A stretch of DNA of 16,460 nt, taken from contig JBHIBG010000060.1 in assembly GCA_046758965.1 (NCBI GenBank), positions 1 to 16,460 of the forward strand, written 5' to 3'. Numbering within the stretch: position 1 is the stretch's first letter; each line of letters begins with the position of its first letter. A program made the position numbers and the translations under genes. Below are positions 15,080 to 16,460 of the stretch, in pieces. This stretch comes from Candidatus Methylomirabilia bacterium (GTDB taxonomy: Bacteria > Methylomirabilota > Methylomirabilia > Rokubacteriales > CSP1-6). The notes under the pieces were generated by a model that did not search any database, was not told the origin of the DNA, and saw only the letters and a program-made list of their open reading frames with translations.

Positions 15080-16460
15080 CTACTCTCTCCCGCAAGGATC
15101 AGCCGGCCTCGGCCGCTCCGCCCGAGGAGCGCCACCAGGGCCGGGAGGAAGAGGATCGTCGCCACAAAGCTCCACACCATCAGCGAGGCGAAAAAGATCC
15201 CGACAGTCACGTAAGGGGTAAGAGTCGCGAAGACGAGGGGGAGGAAGCCCAAGGTGATGACAACGGCGTTCCGGGTGATGGCCTTCATGGGCAGCCCGAA
15301 GGCGAAGCGGTAGGCCTCCTCCAGATCACTCACCTCGCGGTACCGCGACCTGAACCGCTGAAGGTAGTGGATCGCCAGGTCGATAGACAATCCCAGCGAG
15401 AGGGAGGCGCAGACGGCGACGGGCATGTCATAGTCTTTCCCGGCGAACCCCACCAGCCCGTAGGAGAAGAGGATCGCCACGGTCAGCGGGGCCATTGAGA
15501 CGAGCCCCAGGGTCACCGACCTGAAGAGGAACGCCATCAGGAGGAAGACCAGGACGAAGCTCCCCAGCACGGCCTCAAGCATCCCGCGGACCATGATCTT
15601 CTGCCAGACGACGTTGATATAGGTGAGCCCCGACCAGCGGAGGGTGATGCCAGGAGGGGGAGGATTGTCGCGGACGAACTCGCCCACTGCCGATTCCACC
15701 CGCTCCATCTCCACGTTGTCCCCGCGCTTGAGCTGCACCCAGATGTTGGCGTTGCGGTAGTCGGAGTCAAGAAAGTTGTCCAGGTCGGTGGGCTTCCCGC
15801 TAACGAGGAAGAGGAAGAGCTCCTGGCCGATAGCCTCCCGACTGTCGGGAAGCCCGCCACCCCCGACATCCCCCCTGAGAACCCAGTCTACCCGCTTGAC
15901 GATGTCCACCGCGGAGGAGGTCTTGCCCACGGGGGGAGTCCGCTCCAGCTGTGCCTGGAGCCGCTCGATGTAGCCCATGACCTCGGGATGCTTGATCGCC
16001 TCGGGCTCCCCTGCGTCCACCACCAGATAGGCCATGTAGGTCCCCCCGAAGCGTTCGTTCATGACGCGGTCGGCTACCCGGATCTTGTGAGCAGGTTTGA
16101 ACCAGTTCACGGGGTTGTCGTTGACCCGGATTTGGCTCATCCCCCAGAGCGCCAGGAACAGGGCCAGGACCCCGAGGCCGAGCATCACGCCGGCACGTCG
16201 AAAAACGAGGCCCGCCACCCGGGGGAGGAACCGATCCATGACCTTGTCGATCCCCGTCCCGGCTTGCTCCAGCCCTCGCAAACGATCCTCGCCAATCAGG
16301 GCGATCGCTGCCGGAATGAAGGTGAAGGTGAGGAGCCAGGCCACCATGATCCCAAAGGCCATGAAGGTCCCGAAGACCTGGACCGGCGGGATCCGCGCCA
16401 GGGCCAGCGACCCGAAGCCCACGGCCGTGGTGAGGGAGGTGTAGAGGCAGGGGATGAAGA
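15070..16460 (-). CDS. MMPL/RND family transporter, C-terminal part (5' end outside window)
   Basis: Frame is open to the window edge (FIPCLYTSLTTAVGFGSL...); multiple TM helices, periplasmic loop (NPVNWFK, NERFGGT), SLGLSIDLAIHY, ITLGFLPL, LFLPAL. Confidence 0.9.
   Translation of the reverse strand, partial: FIPCLYTSLTTAVGFGSLALARIPPVQVFGTFMAFGIMVAWLLTFTFIPAAIALIGEDRLRGLEQAGTGIDKVMDRFLPRVAGLVFRRAGVMLGLGVLALFLALWGMSQIRVNDNPVNWFKPAHKIRVADRVMNERFGGTYMAYLVVDAGEPEAIKHPEVMGYIERLQAQLERTPPVGKTSSAVDIVKRVDWVLRGDVGGGGLPDSREAIGQELFLFLVSGKPTDLDNFLDSDYRNANIWVQLKRGDNVEMERVESAVGEFVRDNPPPPGITLRWSGLTYINVVWQKIMVRGMLEAVLGSFVLVFLLMAFLFRSVTLGLVSMAPLTVAILFSYGLVGFAGKDYDMPVAVCASLSLGLSIDLAIHYLQRFRSRYREVSDLEEAYRFAFGLPMKAITRNAVVITLGFLPLVFATLTPYVTVGIFFASLMVWSFVATILFLPALVALLGRSGRGRLILAGESRWL

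Noticed and set aside
1..16460. CRISPR arrays, tRNA/rRNA (including tRNA-Sec), IS elements or integrases
   Set aside because: No regularly spaced repeats, cloverleaf-compatible sequence, terminal inverted repeats or transposase motifs were seen by eye.

Overview
GC-rich bacterial window in which almost every gene is on the minus strand. In transcription order (right to left): a partial MMPL/RND transporter, a LolA-like periplasmic protein, an outer-membrane beta-barrel, and a decayed membrane-gene remnant. A redox operon follows: 2-oxoacid:ferredoxin oxidoreductase delta-alpha-beta, an ArsM-like methyltransferase, the gamma subunit, an SDR, a large tandem HdrA-HdrA-MvhD fusion, an HdrD/BamD-like 4Fe-4S/CCG protein, and EtfA/EtfB. 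An NDUFA9-like NAD(P)-binding protein and a convergent cytochrome c oxidase subunit IV-like segment close the left end. The main hidden feature is the methyltransferase (10245->9359), which the ORF track splits. It has an in-frame TGA at codon 28 in a Cys-TGA pair, followed by a bacterial SECIS-like hairpin, making it a candidate selenoprotein. It also has a 1-nt frameshift in a G8 run. It is lower in GC, sits between korB and korC, and lies next to what looks like a scar of an older korC start. The OFOR + Hdr/MvhD + Etf set, with no hydrogenase, Fdh, Flx or acyl-CoA dehydrogenase in the cluster, is a candidate unusual electron-bifurcating module (inference).
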